A DNA stretch of 64,000 nucleotides from Podarcis tiliguerta (Eukaryota), in assembly GCA_965153285.1 (NCBI GenBank), contig OZ229114.1; one strand, given 5' to 3'. The notes under the pieces were generated by a model. It was given only the letters and a program-made list of their open reading frames with translations, did no database searches and was not told the DNA's origin. Shown here piece after piece: positions 12,948 to 27,077 of the stretch. A program made the position numbers and the translations under genes. Position 1 is the first letter of the stretch. Each line of letters starts with the position of its first letter.

Positions 12948-14477
12948 ATATGTATCCCACCTCTTCCCATTTAATCCTCAGAACAACCCTGCAAGGTAGG
13001 TTAGGTAGGTTAGGCTGAGAGTAGCTGGCCCAAGGTCACCCAGTGAGCTTAACAGGGCCCCAGTCTTAGTCCAGCCCACTAACCACTGAGCCACACTGGC
13101 TCACCTTGACGCTCCAAATTGAGCCTCCTTGATTAAGGGCAGTATACCTCTGGGTGGCTGTGGAGGGATTAACCTGCTTACGAGTGTTTCATGGCCTTGG
13201 CTGGAAAGAGACCTGAATTAGATGAACCCTTGGTCTGATTTAGGAAGGCCATTTATGCTTATGGCTTTAATGAACTTAGATCCCTGTAAAGCCTTTTCCA
13301 TTATGAGAAATGTTTGTAGTGTCCCACTGGGAGTTTTGGAGTACTGAAGGCCTTTCCACTTTTGCAGCAATTCTGAATTTCTATTTTGCCCATGCATCAT
13401 ACAGTGTGTTAATTCTCTATGAGTGCTAATTTAATTTCACGGTCACCAGCAAACGTCTGGCTAGCAGGAAGGCTGTGCATATATACATCTTCCTATAGAA
13501 GTGACAGAACTCCAGATTGAAGATAAGCACACAAGTACTGTTTCTGCCTGGCACTCAGTTTATAGCTTCTCCTCTCCTGTCCCTCCCTCCCAGCCCAGTC
13601 CAGTCCAGAGACAGAATCTTCTGTTTCTCTTTGATGCAGTCAAAGGGTAGAGATGGGTCATTCTGCTTGGAGGCACAGGCTAACTCAGGGTCTCCCTCTT
13701 CCTATCAAAGTCCTGAAGAGGGCAGAGTATCTGTGAGGTCTAATCCACTGTTGTTTTTGTTTGTTTTCTCTTCAACCGTGATGTGGAACTCTGGAGCAAG
13801 CCTGGTTTCGCATCCCAATGTGAAATCTGTGCGACAGCTGAATTCACTTTAGGTCAAAAAAAATCCCCACCCTAGACTTTTCCCTCTCTCTTTTTTGCAT
13901 CAATCGTAGTCCTAACACTTCCTGCTTTGGGCACCAGCCCAAGGCTGCCACAGCTTTCACATTCCAGAGCTCTCCCCCAGCAAGCCCAGAGGATTAAGAA
14001 ACACAACTTCATTGCTTTTCCTTATTCCTGCTTGCGCTGAATTGGGGAGTGTGGGGGAATCACTGGCACTTGAGCAATAGGCAACCAGGCCTAAACCCAA
14101 AGACTGGGGCTGGGTGGCTCTCTCCCAACAATAAGGCAGGCTGCATCAGATCGCCTGCCAAATGCAATTATTTGCAGGGTAAGTAGCACTGAAACAGGCA
14201 GATTCTCTGCAGGCGCATAGACTGCCATGGATGGAGACCAGGGGGATTTCCGGAGTACTAACACCATCTGAGCCCAGGCTAGAACGAGGCGGGATTCATT
14301 CACTTCCATATCCAAATGAGAACCCCTGAGAGGCTCATCTCCCTTGGGAAGCAGGCACACACATTGAAAACTGACCAGAAATATGGCTCAGAATTTACGC
14401 CTGGGGGGGGGGGATTCCCCAGCAGCTAGATGGGTGAGGGCAACAGGACTGACAGTCTCCTGCTTCTCTCCCTGTAG

Positions 14478-14680
14478 ATGTCAAAGTGGCGGCTGTTATT
14501 GTTGTGGAGCTTGGTCCTGGCTTGGCCTGGTGAAGGATCTCAGCGAAGCGAGCCCATGTTCACAGCCATCACGGATCAGATCCTCCCGCCTGACTATGAC
14601 AGCAACCCGACACAGCTCAATTATGGTGTGGCCGTGACTGATGTGGACCAGGATGGAGACTTTGAGATCATCGTGGCTGG
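14478..14680 (+). CDS. CRTAC1: CRTAC1 exon 2: signal peptide and first FG-GAP repeat (MSKWRLLLLWSLVLAWPGEG-SQRSEPMF...DVDQDGDFEIIVAG)
   Basis: CTGTAG acceptor, GG|GTGGGT donor, 203 nt; LPPDYDSNPTQLNYGVAVTDVD matches CRTAC1. Confidence 0.95.
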
Positions 14681-17600
14681 GTGGGTACCATGGATAATAC
14701 TGGGTGCTGTCAGAGGTATGAGAATGGAGGTGGTTGCCAGGAAAGAGGGTGCTATGGTTGGGGTGAGCTTTGACATGATGCAGGTCTAGGCAGGTTCACA
14801 TACACATTCGCAAGTCTAGGCTAGGTATACATGCATCTTTGACATGTGTCAGGCAGTGGGGTGGGGCGTGGGGAGATTGCATGTCTTTCTGGGTTATTGT
14901 GGAGATTCTAGGCTGGAGGCAAGTGTAGGCTTGGCATCGCTTGGCATCCTCAACCTCCCCAAGGCAGCCTGCCTTTGTTCTAGAGCAGGGGTGAGAAACC
15001 TTTTTGGCTCCTTTGGCCAAATTTGACACCAGGTGATTGGGAGCTTTGAAGTCCTAAAGTCGGGACTTCAAAGCGCCATGGACAAGCAGTCCAGCAGGCA
15101 TCAGCTGATGGGTGTGGGCATCAGCTGATGCAATCATCCAGCAGATTTTGGTTCTAGCCAGCTTTCGCTTTGGCTGAAGCCTGCTTTCCCTTGTCAATGC
15201 ACAACTGTGGACCCACTTTTAAGATTCCCGATTTGTGCATTGGCAACTGTGTCTATACCGGCCCCACACTGATGTCACATTGACATCAAGTGTGGGGCAA
15301 GTGTGTGTGGTTTGGCGGAAACGGCCTCACAGGCAAAATCTGAACCCCTGTCATGGACCATGTTTGGTCCATGAGCTGGAGGGTGGTTTCTAGAGGGATG
15401 AAATAGGTGTGTATTTTTGCTCTTTCATTCTGATGTTCAACATGCTGGGGTCAGGCTGTAGCACCTGAAATAAACCTGAAGTAATAACAGTGCAAAGGTA
15501 CGGATGGAGGCCTGAACGTGCATCTGCAGTAAAGCTTTCCTTTAGCAGCTGTCTTCCCAAGTCGTTTCTCTGACAAACTGTTTCTGCCTGCAGCTGCCTT
15601 AGAGCCCCTCTTGCCAGCTGGCCACCCGGGAGTCATGACCTGGTGGATGGGCACTGCAGGGGGGCTGTCCCTTTATACTTGGCCACCACTTGTATAACTT
15701 GTCCGGCCCATAAAACATTATCTGAATTGCACTGAGCTGGGGGAAGGAGCATATATCTGCCGGATAACTTTTATGTCTGGCGTTTCCTGGATCGTATTCA
15801 CCTCTTCGGCTGAGTTCACTTTCCCAAGAAATCTCATTTCTTCGTAGCCTCCGTCTCTCGCTGAAACCCTTGAATTCCTCCTTAGGTGTTTCTCTGTCCT
15901 GCCCATCCTTAATGCAGCAGCAAGACAAAGTAATAACACGGCTTGTAAAGGCTTGGGGATATTAGGGTCTCAGAATTTTCTCTTGGGCTGCTGCGCTCAG
16001 CTGTCCAAAGCCACATTGTGTGTTTTATGGCCACCCATGTCCCCTGCCTCCTTGCCCCACCTTGCTCCATGCAAGTACATTCTGCATTTGCCTCTGTGGA
16101 ACAGAGCACCCCACCCCAAGCTCCCCCAGTCCAGAATGCTTTCTTTCTCTTTGTGCTGCATGAACACAAAATGAAGCACAATTTCTTTTGCAGTAACAAG
16201 TTTAGCTGAGGGGTTGGCTCCTTTACTTTGTGATACAGGGCCCAACTTGTTTTCCAGGCAGCATTATATAAAGTAGATGCACGTCCTTCCATTCAGAAGG
16301 ATCCTGGGCTCCCATTCTTTAACATTACAAATAAGTGAGTCATGCAACAAAATGTTGCAATGTGGAGTTCAGGATTCCAGGCACTCATTCCATTCCATTT
16401 TCCTACACCCCAAAGTCTGCCCCTCTTCTTCTTTTTATGCATTCCTCCTTATACCTCCTTCATGTGTGTGTTTGGTGCCATATTCGCTGAGCATCAAAAA
16501 GAAAAGCTATATCCCATTTGCCCTAATACCCAACGCCCCGTATCACCTGTGTTAATGCTGAACTGCTGTGGTGTGTGCCTTGACCTGGTCATCCACTCAA
16601 AGGCGAAGCAAGCCCTCTCTCTTTTCGCCAAGTCCTCTTGCCCAGCTCCAAGGTCAACAGCCTTTGACACAGCCTATGCAGATGAGCTGTCTTCATGCCC
16701 CCTTAGCCAGCTCCTTTCCTCCAAGTGGGTAGCCATTCTTTTCCAGAGTGTGATCATCCGCAAAGCAGCACACTTCCTGGCTGCAGAAGTTACCCTTGCC
16801 CCATCAGCATTATCAGGCCAGAGTTTCCACCACATTCTTTATGATGTGGCTGCCATCTTGTAATTTACTTACTTGTTTACTTACTTACAGTATTTCTGTA
16901 CTGCCCAGGAACAAAAGTCCCTTGGCTGGTTTGCACTAAAACAAGACAATAATATGTGAAAATCTAATAACAGGTAAGCATAAAACCGAGAACAGGCTAA
17001 ACCTAGCAGCAGAATAAATCCAGATTTGAAACCAGCAGCGGAGAACAACAACAGTGGAAAAGATCTTAAAAGTGCTAACAAATTTAAGATAGAACTTTTA
17101 AGACAGGGGAGCCTAGGGAAATAAAAAGGGGTTTACCTGGCACCAAAAAGACCACAGCAGAGGCAAGAGGTTTTAGGGAAGGCATTCCAAAACAAAGATG
17201 CCCCACTAAAAGGACTCTTTTCTCGCTCTCTGGTTGCTACTCACCAAACCTTATTCAGTGGGAATACCAGAGAGAGGCCTCAGAAACTGACCATAGATAG
17301 TGTTTGGTTGTGCATATGTGAGATGAGGCGATCCTTCACGTATCCTTGCCCCAAGCCATCTAGGTTAGGACTTTTGACTTGGAACCCAAACTACCTTACC
17401 CTCTCCCCGGTCTTTAGGGTTGAGTATCTGACAGCAGGAAAAAGCTATGTGAAAAAATGGTTTGTGTCTAAGGAAAAGCAAAGGTTCCCTTGCTGTGACT
17501 AGGCACTCTGGCCAGTGGTATCTCACCTGGGCTGAGCAGCGGCTGGCATTCTCTTGGAGGGAGGGGCAAGCCTTTCCTCTCCAGGTTCTCTCTTGCTGTG

Positions 17601-18759
17601 CTGACAGGCCTCGGTGTGCACCAATTGACATTGTGTTAATTGGCTGCAGAGCGAGGAAGTGCCCCAGCTCATTATTGGCATACTTGGCTTGCAAAGGTGC
17701 ACAGCAGTGAGCAAGGCATTCAGCTGTGCGTATCCCCAATCTTCCTAGTTCCAATTGGCGGGGATGAGGAGCGGAGTTGAAGCTTGGCCAGCTGCTTGAA
17801 GAGCCAGCCATCCGGCCCATTCCACATTGTCCTGATAGGGATCCAACAGTTTTGCATCTGGAGGGAGCAAACATCAAGGGAGGTTTCCATGCAAGCATAA
17901 TAAAGACTGGGTGTACATATATGTGTGCAGGTCCAGGAATGCATCCTTGAGAGGACAGCCCCGCCCCCATGAACCATACTGCAATAGCAGCAGGATTTCA
18001 GCTGTATCCCAAGGATCCCCTTAATCTGCTAGCCAAATAAGATGCAGTCCTCAGCAAAGGAAGTGTCAGGAAATACACAGATTGCCCTGATTGGACAGTC
18101 CCTTGGAGACTCTGCACATGGTCCTTGTGGTCCCTTCCAACTCTACGTTCCTATGATTCTATGTTCTGGACTGTCAGGAAACCCTGTAGGAAAGAAGCCT
18201 TTGAGGAACTGCAAGCCACAATACTTTTAACACTGTGAGACAGAAACCCCACACCTCATGAGACAAATCTAGGCTGTGGAGATCTGCTGCTACCATTACT
18301 ACTAATATTAACACAGATATAATTATGAAGACTGCTGTCCTCATGACACAAACAATTTGTAGAAACTGATTCCAATGAGTGCTGCTAAATCATGGACTAC
18401 TGGGATTGCACGATTTCTTTACAGCAGGAATAGGCAACATGGTGCTCTCCAGACAATGCTCAACTCCAGCTTCCATCAGTCCCAGCCAGCATGGCTGGTG
18501 ATCAAGGATGATGGGAGTCCAATGGCTTCTGGGGGGCTGTGGAAACACCATTCCTGATCTCCAGCATCTCTGGCGGGTCTATATCTGATCTGACTTCTTA
18601 AAGTTTTAATAAAGGGAAATGTCTGCATCAACTCAGCAAACTTGCTCATTTACCTGTATTTGTGTTTAACCTGAATCCATCCATCCTTTTTGTCCCATCG
18701 TCCCACTGACCTTTCTTCATGGACTTGCATTCCAAACTGGCATCTCCATCATTCTGTCC

Positions 18760-19230
18760 TGAACTGTCACCAATTTGTCAATGTTCTTATTAAAGGAGAC
18801 GCTACTTCTTCAGCGGTGGCTTGAACAGTGCTGAACAGAGCAAGTAGGTTCTGCTTCTTAGACACACTGCTTCTGAGAAGGCAACCTCAAAACAACATTT
18901 TGTCTGCTTTTCCATACTTCTAGCTCACATTTGGTTTATGATCTACTATAACTCCAGACACTTCTCAGCAGTATTACTGCCAACCTAGCCAAGTTTTTCT
19001 AAAGTTCAGTTGGGGTTTTTTCATTCAAAATGCTTCCTATTTTCCTCTTTTCCCCAGCTCACCTGTGGCTAGGATTTTGATTTGCCAAATTCATTTTTAA
19101 TTTGACTCCTATCCCCTAAAACTAGACCTTGCTAGTTTTGTGTCACCTGCAAGATTAATAAGTAGCTTCTCCAGCTTGCTAATAGAAATCAAATAACACC
19201 AAATCCAGGTCTGATCTATGTAGAAGAGCT
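18760..19230 (-). mobile_element. Degenerate CR1-like LINE reverse transcriptase remnant
   Basis: ORF 19109-19309 contains LINLAGDTKLA, resembling the CR1 RT motif KFADDTKLG; boundaries approximate. Confidence 0.4.
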
Positions 19231-22200
19231 TCAACAATGCATTAAGTGTTCTCTGGGGAAGAATTCCATTATTTCTCCACCCGTCAGATGGTAGCATTTC
19301 CCCTTTCATCTTCTGGTTTTGTCATTAGTGCTGGTGCAACTCCCAAGAAGCATCCTATAGCAAACACCCCCTCACATGCCCAGTATCTCCTCCAGCGCAT
19401 GCCAGAGAAGCTATTGCTGTCCAAGAAGTGCTCATACCAGAGACTGGCTGAGTCTTGCTGAAGTGAGACCAGGTTGACCTGGCGATCTCTGTTGCAGGTA
19501 TCTTCCTTCCTCTGCCAATGGAGTGTCTGCTTCCAAGCTGACCATATTCAGCAACGTCCATTCAGATATCACTTCCACATGGTCCATGGCCACATTGTTG
19601 ATACTTGGCGTCTTAATAGCACAGATGCTGCTGTTGTGCCTGGAAGCGAAATGTTAGCAGTGGGAGGGGGTGTGCTAAGGAGCCGAATGCATTACATGAA
19701 GACAAGTTTGGGCACAAGCAGGTTTGCTGCTGTTGGCTTCTCTTTGATCACTGACACGTGCTAGCTCAAGGGTTTACTGCCAGTCCCAGAGTAAGTGCTC
19801 ACTGTGGTCTGAAATGGGATTGTGCTCCTACTCCATTGCTAAGGAGTCTGTTTGGATGACCCATCCCATCTGTGTTCTGTAGTCTTGACAAGGGCGGTGC
19901 TCCATATTTTCCTGGCCTAAGAATGAGGAGTGGTTGGGCCAGATGGGAAGGGGGGGTGTGAAAACCCTCCCAGGGAGCTTGGCTGCAACCATCCCAGGGA
20001 GATGTGGAGGGGGGGAGGGGAAAGGCAATTATCTGCTTCCCTCCCGTGCCAGGCCATAACCATAAACAGAGACGGGACATTTCATAACCCAATGACTGCT
20101 GCTTGTGTAACTTGTTTATCCGAGGCCAGGGTATAGCGCTTGCTGAGTCAGCCCAGGCAGAAAGCCCTAAGCTGGGAACTGGTGCTCACTCATCTGTGCA
20201 AGAGGCACTAGACAACTTTTTAAAAATTGGAAGGGGAAAGGCAACAGAACATCTTTGCAACTCCTCTTGCATGCGTCCTAAGGAGATCCTCTCAAAATTC
20301 AGGCCCCTATCTGGTACAAGTAACTTAGCTGAGATTATTACAAGATCCGGGAGACTTTGAGCATGTTCATACATATCAAAAAGCTACATTTTAAGCTTCA
20401 TGTACTCCCTTTAATTTTCCGATGTCCAAATGAGTTTTATGGGCAATGAAACGGTATGTAGCAACAGCGCCCAGCCCTGTGCTCCAACTTGCCTGGCTTT
20501 GGGAACAAGGTGGGAGAGCATTTATCCTGCTTTGCCATCCTGGATCTCTTAAAGCCTTTAGCACTGGAGTTGGCAAGTTCACCTGGTTAAGCGACAAAAT
20601 ACTTTTGTCAGCTCTCTTGGGAAAGCCTTTATCAAGAAGAAGTGGTGTTGTGCTGCCTTAACAAGAGAGACTAGAGTTAGAACTATTCAAAACCATCTGT
20701 AGACCGAGTTCCTTTCTCATGCTTAGCTACTTCTAATTTGCTTTTGCACTTGTTCCTAATGTGTGTCCGGCTCCTGAGAGAGGGGTGAAACTGCCTTATC
20801 CAATAAAGTTTCTTAGCTGCTCAGCTCTAGAGCGCTCTGGATCACAGACTGCCACCGTTCCGGAAAGACCTTCACCATAGCCTAGGCAGCACTGTGCGTT
20901 TCAGTGGAGTGCATGTCCAATCAGGCAAAGGCTATGCCAACCACAAAAATGTGACATAGAAATAAGACTCTGGAAGAACTCAGAGCAGCTGTTAACCCTT
21001 TCACACGGCATTCATCACACGAAAGCCTCCTTCCTATTCATGATTACAGATGGGGAGTAGGGGGAATATTGTAGCCAGTCATATGAGAAAAGCTTCAGAT
21101 CATCTGACTATCATGTGCTTGTTGAAATCATTGGGAAGCATCTGAATCCATGTTCTGTTTGAGAATGAAAAAATGGACAGTGTGAACATTTATAGGAACT
21201 CATTGCTTTTGATATGGCTTCAATGATGGTGTGGTAGATTTCCCAAAGCCAGTTTTTTCTTCTCCCAAGTCTCACAGGCACTAGCACTTTCAGGTGAATC
21301 TGGCCAATATATTGATATGTTCACCTCTGATGCACCTCTGATGCTCAGAATTCAGCCTCCGATGCAGCTATGGCTCTTTGTATCGATTGCGCTTCACAAT
21401 CAGGCCCCAATCCTGATTCCCCTTGGGTGCTGGCGAGCGTTATTTTCTCCAGAGCATTGTAACATTGTCCTCAAGGTTTCTCCCTCCCTACCTGACCTCC
21501 TTCTCCTCTGCTGTATTAATTTTCTCTCTCTAGACTGTGCATTTTCAGCCTTCACAAACTCCATGCTAACCACATTAGAGTCACACATCATTAGCTGCCA
21601 GATGAAACTGCTCAGGCGTTTCTGCAACTTTGCATTGTGTGATGTTAGCATGGATGGATGTCTAAAAGAATCCCAGTCTCATGCTGGATCTGACTATCAG
21701 GGTTCTAAGAAGCTGATTGACTGGACGTTTGGCATGGGAGGGTGCCACTGGGCCGTAGCCGTCCCGAGGACTGGCAGGTGCTGAATGAAAGCAGTACCCT
21801 ACGCCTTTGCCATCCCTGTACTAGAAGTGCCAGCTGTTGCCTGCCAGGGGTTTCCAGACTAACCCAATGTCATAAGCCGGTTTGGCATTCAAGCTCCAGG
21901 TGGGTTGTGTTGATCCCCAAACTGACAAGGGTAATTTCAACCTCAATCTTCTGGGCATCAGATCTCTGATAGATGTTCAATGCTTTCAAATAAGCTCCTC
22001 CTTGGCTTGCTTTACCAGCTGGCTTTTATTTCCTGGGAGCCCCAGTACTGCCTTTCTGGATCCCAGAGTCCTTCAATTTGAGTGAAATGAATCAGAAAAA
22101 GGAACTCTTCTTCCATAGAGATGGGAGCCCCACAGCCAGAAGCCCACCTCCAAATCCTTATAATTTAACCCTGCAGTTAGAAGGATAACCACCCACCATC

Positions 22201-22995
22201 TACTGCACGGTGGTCTGAAAATCTTACTGCCCTTTGCACATTTGAACATAGAACCGTAGAATTGTACAGCTGGAGGGGATCCCAGGGGTTATGCAGTCCA
22301 ACTGCCTGCAGTGCAGGAATGTCAACTAAAGCATCATGTATCAAACAATCATCTGTCTCACTTGGATACCCTTTTGGGCATATGGCTGAATTATATGAAT
22401 GTGCAATATATGTTTATATTAGGTATGATAGCTCATTCACATATATATTTTTGCTGGGTTGGTGGATTGTTCTTATTGTTCATGGGTGCAGATGGTTTCC
22501 CCCTTTTCTTTTATTTACAGTAAAGTAAGAATTTAAAAACCTTTTTGCAGTGCTATCTACCTGATTTGGAACATCTACAGTGCCAGGTTTTACAGCAGGA
22601 TTATAGTAATAGTAGATACTGTGCTCTGAAACGGAGCCAGCCATGAAACCCATGTTATGACCTTGGCCTTGCTGTTCTTTTTGTTGTGGGGATTCAGTGG
22701 GATAGTCCCCTCGTTTGCTGCCCTGAACTGCAGGGAAGAGAAGCATACAAGTGGAATAAATATAGACATTCTGAAGTCCCCTCCATGTTTGGCTTCAAGC
22801 TCCACTCTCTTTGTGACACACCCTTCCCTTTCCCCCAGGAATAGCAGTGATGGGATGTGCTCTTTGCTGCCTCTCCCGGTAACCCCACGAAATGAAAATG
22901 GTGGACTTTGATTTTCTGGAAGAGATCTGGTGGGAAGGGTCACTGCTACCTTGAAGCACCTCCCCCATCACATTTCCTGCTCTCCATTCTTTCAG

Positions 22996-23192
22996 GTACA
23001 ATGGTCCCAACCTTGTGCTGAAGTATGACAAGATACGTGGTCGGCTGGTGAACCTTGCAGTGGATGAACGTAGCTCCCCATATTATGCACTGCGGGATCG
23101 CCAAGGCAATGCGATTGGTGTGACAGCATGCGACATTGATGGGGACGGGCGGGAGGAGATCTACTTCCTCAACACCAATAACGCCTTCTCCG
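22996..23192 (+). CDS. CRTAC1: CRTAC1 exon 3 (YNGPNLVLKYD...DIDGDGREEIYFLNTNNAFS)
   Basis: TTTCAG acceptor, G|GTGAGT donor, 197 nt, phase 2 to 1. Confidence 0.96.
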
Positions 23193-24354
23193 GTGAGTGC
23201 GAAAGCTGGTCCTTCCTGACATTTGCCTGCTGGCAACCCAGTTAGCATATCCAGCTTCTCCTGTGCCCTATGAACATCCTCATCCTTGATATCTATCCAT
23301 CAAGACCCACCTGCCTCTCAAGAATCACCTTGATCAGTCTTACATCTTTTACTAAGTTCTTGCACCTACCCATCATCTGCCATGAGCCATCTCTATTCAC
23401 CTCTGTTGTGACATGCCCATCCCATAACACCCATTAAACACGTGGTACCCACCCATCAGTCCACATTCACTCACTGATGATGAAAACATGATGTTTTCTT
23501 CACAAACGATCTTCTCATTAACAGTTCCTGGCATTTATCCTGCCAACAGCAGACTGAAAAGGGAATGGGAGTGATCCACAGAGGGGCATGTGGCAGTGGT
23601 GGTGATGGCCAGTGGTCACTCTCCTTTCTTGGCTGATGTCCTGGCAGTGCAGGCTCCCTTCCTTCACACCGTTGGCTTTGGGGCTCTTCACCTGCCAGCC
23701 CCGAGCCACTGACTCCAGTTCCCTGACCTTCACTGGCCACCAGGGTGGGATGTTTCAAGGCTGGAGTTAATTTCCCAGCTGAGTGATTTTGTCGATTCTC
23801 TGGCAGCAGCGGGTGGCGGCGGGGGGGGGGAGTGGGGGGGGAGGAGAGACTTGGCTGCTGACTCAGGGCTTTGCCACCTCTCTAGTTGCCAGCAGGGACT
23901 GCAGCTCCAGGAGCCCTGGGATCTCTGAGGGACAGGCAAGTATCTCGCTGGGCAAGGAGACATCCTTTGAGACAGCATTGGGATTACGCAAGGGAGAAAG
24001 TAGTGAAACCCCAAAGCATATTCTTTCCCACCCCCACCGGCAATGCTGCAACCTAATGGTAGAGGGTCTTATATTTTCTTTTCTGGGAAGGTGGTTCCCT
24101 AATTCCTAGACTGCTACTAAGAGACCCTTTGCTGCTTTAGGAGCAGAGGAGGTGTTCGGCATGCTTTTGCAATGCCTAGGTGTGACCAGCCTCAAAATAC
24201 ACACTGTTGGTTCTGTCCCAAGGCCAAGCCCCTTCCTTGGAGCTAGTTAGGAATTGCACCCAAGTCAACAGACGCTTTGCTTGGATGGCTTCACATGTTC
24301 GAATCCTAGAAATATATTGCTTGATCAGATCTGGCAGCCTGTGACTTGCTCTAG

Positions 24355-24458
24355 GACAATGATGGCCAAACTTGGCCCTCCAGCTGTTTTGGGACTACAA
24401 TTTCCATCATCCCTGACCACTGGTCCTGTTAGCTAGGGATGATGGGAGTTGTAGTCTA
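24355..24458. mobile_element. Palindromic MITE-like repeat
   Basis: GACTACAATTTCCATCATCCCT...AGGGATGATGGGAGTTGTAGTC inverted repeat; degenerate copies near 10680, 18440, 38335, 39900, 50475 and 61310. Confidence 0.65.
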
Positions 24459-26110
24459 CGCCATTTCTAGTCGGAAATTTCTATCTGGAAATTTCTATCT
24501 GGAAAAGATAAATGCCCTCCTACCACCACCGCTTTTCCTTTGGTCCAAAGCACTGCTTGGGGTCTCCAGAAATCTGCCTAGAAAAGCGACCACTTCCCCA
24601 TCGCATCCTTCCCGAGTAGGGCTGGGCCCCTCACCTGCAGCATCGACCTGCTCTTGGCTCCACTTATCAGTCTTCCTGACACACCTAATTACTGCTTTGC
24701 AGCTGCCAAAGGCTCCCTAAATCAGCCATTCACATTACTCCTGGCATCAGGGTCCGGCCAGTGCCTGCCATTGATTTTCCCCTTTCCCTTTATGATGAAC
24801 ATGGCTCTGCGCTGCTCTGGCACATTTTACCTTAATGAGTTTATTCTTTTGGGCCTCCCTTACCAGCCCTTAAGCTTTGCTGGGGTTGCTGCATTCATTG
24901 TCGCGCAGTCCTGATCACAACCCTGCAGTACCAGAGAGCAATTAGGCATTGGGCGAGGCTGGCAGAGTAGGGGGAGCCCCAAAAGGCGGATGATCAGGAA
25001 GAGGCATCTATGGGCAGAGGGAATGCGATCCAAATGGGACAGCCGCAAGGGTTCAATCTAGATCATGATTCGGGGGTGCATTCATCACTTGCAAAGATCT
25101 GCATCTATGGGTGTCACACTTGCAAAGTGTACTGCTGCAGTTCAGAGACAGGCTTGCAGCAAGTCTCTGCACACCAAACCTGCAGTTGCTGGAGGCTTAG
25201 GGTGCCTCCAGACTGTCATTATTTTGCAAGAGCAATTCAATTTAGATTTGTGTAATTCAAATGGATTAAAGCACTCTGCTGCCCTAGCTCAACAAACCCA
25301 CTTGCAGGGGACTTTTTATGGTTTGGAAAGTGACAGCAAAATGCACTAAAGAGTGTGGCATGAAGAAATGATTAATGGGAAGACATGTAAACACCCCAGA
25401 AGCAAATCAGGATGCATGTTCATTGGGTCCTTCCAGATGTCTCTTCTCTTGAATATTCATCATTATTTGTGCTCATGATGGTGTCAGGACAGTTTTATAG
25501 GATCCCACTTTCAAGCCTGTTCATCCCTGAAAAGGTTTCAGGACAAACATACTGCTTTGTTTGCAATAGGTGCGTGTTCTGTAGTTCAGTGCTGAAAACC
25601 TGCAACTTTTCATATCACAGAAGTTCGGGGTCAGTGGGTGTTTATCCAGTTTTTGTTGCACTAAGCATAAGTTCCCCTTCCGATGGTGATGATGTGCTCC
25701 ATGGGCATCACAGAACAACTCATAAAGTAGTAGATTTGAGGGTGGTGTAAACCCTCCACTAATGCACAATTATTGCATCAGTGACATTTTGCAGAATATA
25801 CCCACAAAAAGCACCAGTCTGAAGGGACCCGTTGTCATATAACCTCCCCATAAACAAATCAGAACGAATGCATAGTCTAACCAGGCAAGATTTGTGCAAG
25901 CAAATCAGGATGAATGCTGAACAAACAGATCGTCTGGAGCATCAATTAGGGAGGGCCCGTAGCATAATTACACGGTTAGGGCTCCAGAGAAAGTCATGCA
26001 CAACCCAGACTGATTTCCTGTCTTGGGAGAGAAGGAGAGAAAGGGAGAGCTGATTCAGCACCTGGCCAGGAGACCCTGAAACGTCTTGATACCTTATCTC
26101 TCCTCCCCAG

Positions 26111-26241
26111 GTGTAGCTACCTATACAGACAAACTGTTCAAGTTTCGGAACGGGCGCTGGGAGGACATCTTGAGTGATGAGGTGAACCGGGGTGTGGCAA
26201 GCTGGTTTGCTGGGCGCTCCGTGGCTTGCGTGGACAGGACG
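26111..26241 (+). CDS. CRTAC1: CRTAC1 exon 4 (GVATYTDKLFKFRNGRWEDILSDEVNRGVASWFAGRSVACVDRT)
   Basis: CCCCAG acceptor, ACG|GTGAGT donor, 131 nt. Confidence 0.96.
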
Positions 26242-26876
26242 GTGAGTGTGTGGAACAGGTTGGGGTGGGTTGGCTTGAGGCTGTGATTTCAGGGCTGTGG
26301 GTCAGGCCCACGGGGGCTGGGAGCCAAAGATGCACCAGTGCAGTTGTATGGAGGAGGGGAGGACATGGGCTTAGAGGGGCCTGCTCTCCACCCAACTTCT
26401 CAAGGCCGAGCTCTGCCTCCTCCTCCCCCTCCCTCACAGCTGTCAGGACTCCCATCAGGGACTGCCATGCCAGGCGGGTGCCGTGCTGCTGATAAACACA
26501 GCCTGTCTAGGTGATTTATGCCCCTGTCACCTGCGCTTTCTTCTCCCTCTGCCTTGCGTGGCTTATTTTCAAACGATTATTGCTAAATCAGGGTGCCATG
26601 AGGGAAACAATGGGGGGGGGGACACAGGGAGTGGTTGGAAGAGATGTCTGAGGCAAATCAGGGGAGCATGAAGGATGGCATCCCCCTGTTTGGGAGCCCG
26701 TGGCTGGACTACGCCACTGCTGCTCAGGTGCCTGCGACTGGCTTTACCTTTATAGACTCATCCCTGTCAGGACCCTGGGTGTGGCACCCTCTGCGTCCGT
26801 CCTCGTGCTGGGAAGAGAGGGGTCCAGTCCAGTGAAGACTCAGGCCTCTCACCTGCCCCCACGTCCCTTCCTACAG

Positions 26877-27033
26877 GGCTCTGGCCGCTACTCCATCTAC
26901 ATAGCTAACTATGCCAGTATGAGAGTTGGGCCCCATGCCCTCATCGAGATGGACACAGCTGCCAGCGACCTGGAGAATGGCATTGTGGCACTGAATGATG
27001 TGGCGGCAGATGCCGGAGTCAACAAATTCACAG
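26877..27033 (+). CDS. CRTAC1: CRTAC1 exon 5 (GSGRYSIYIANYA...AGVNKFT)
   Basis: CTACAG acceptor, CAG|GTATGA donor, 157 nt. Confidence 0.96.
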
Positions 27034-27077
27034 GTATGAGGGCAGAGGATTGTTCTCCCAAGAGCTAGCCCAGCTTA

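Noticed and set aside
24474-24504. Short tandem duplication GGAAATTTCTATCT x2 and small palindromes (about 8757, 15098, 15352)
   Set aside because: Adjacent to or inside MITE-like repeats, or short enough to arise by chance; no array or spacer structure
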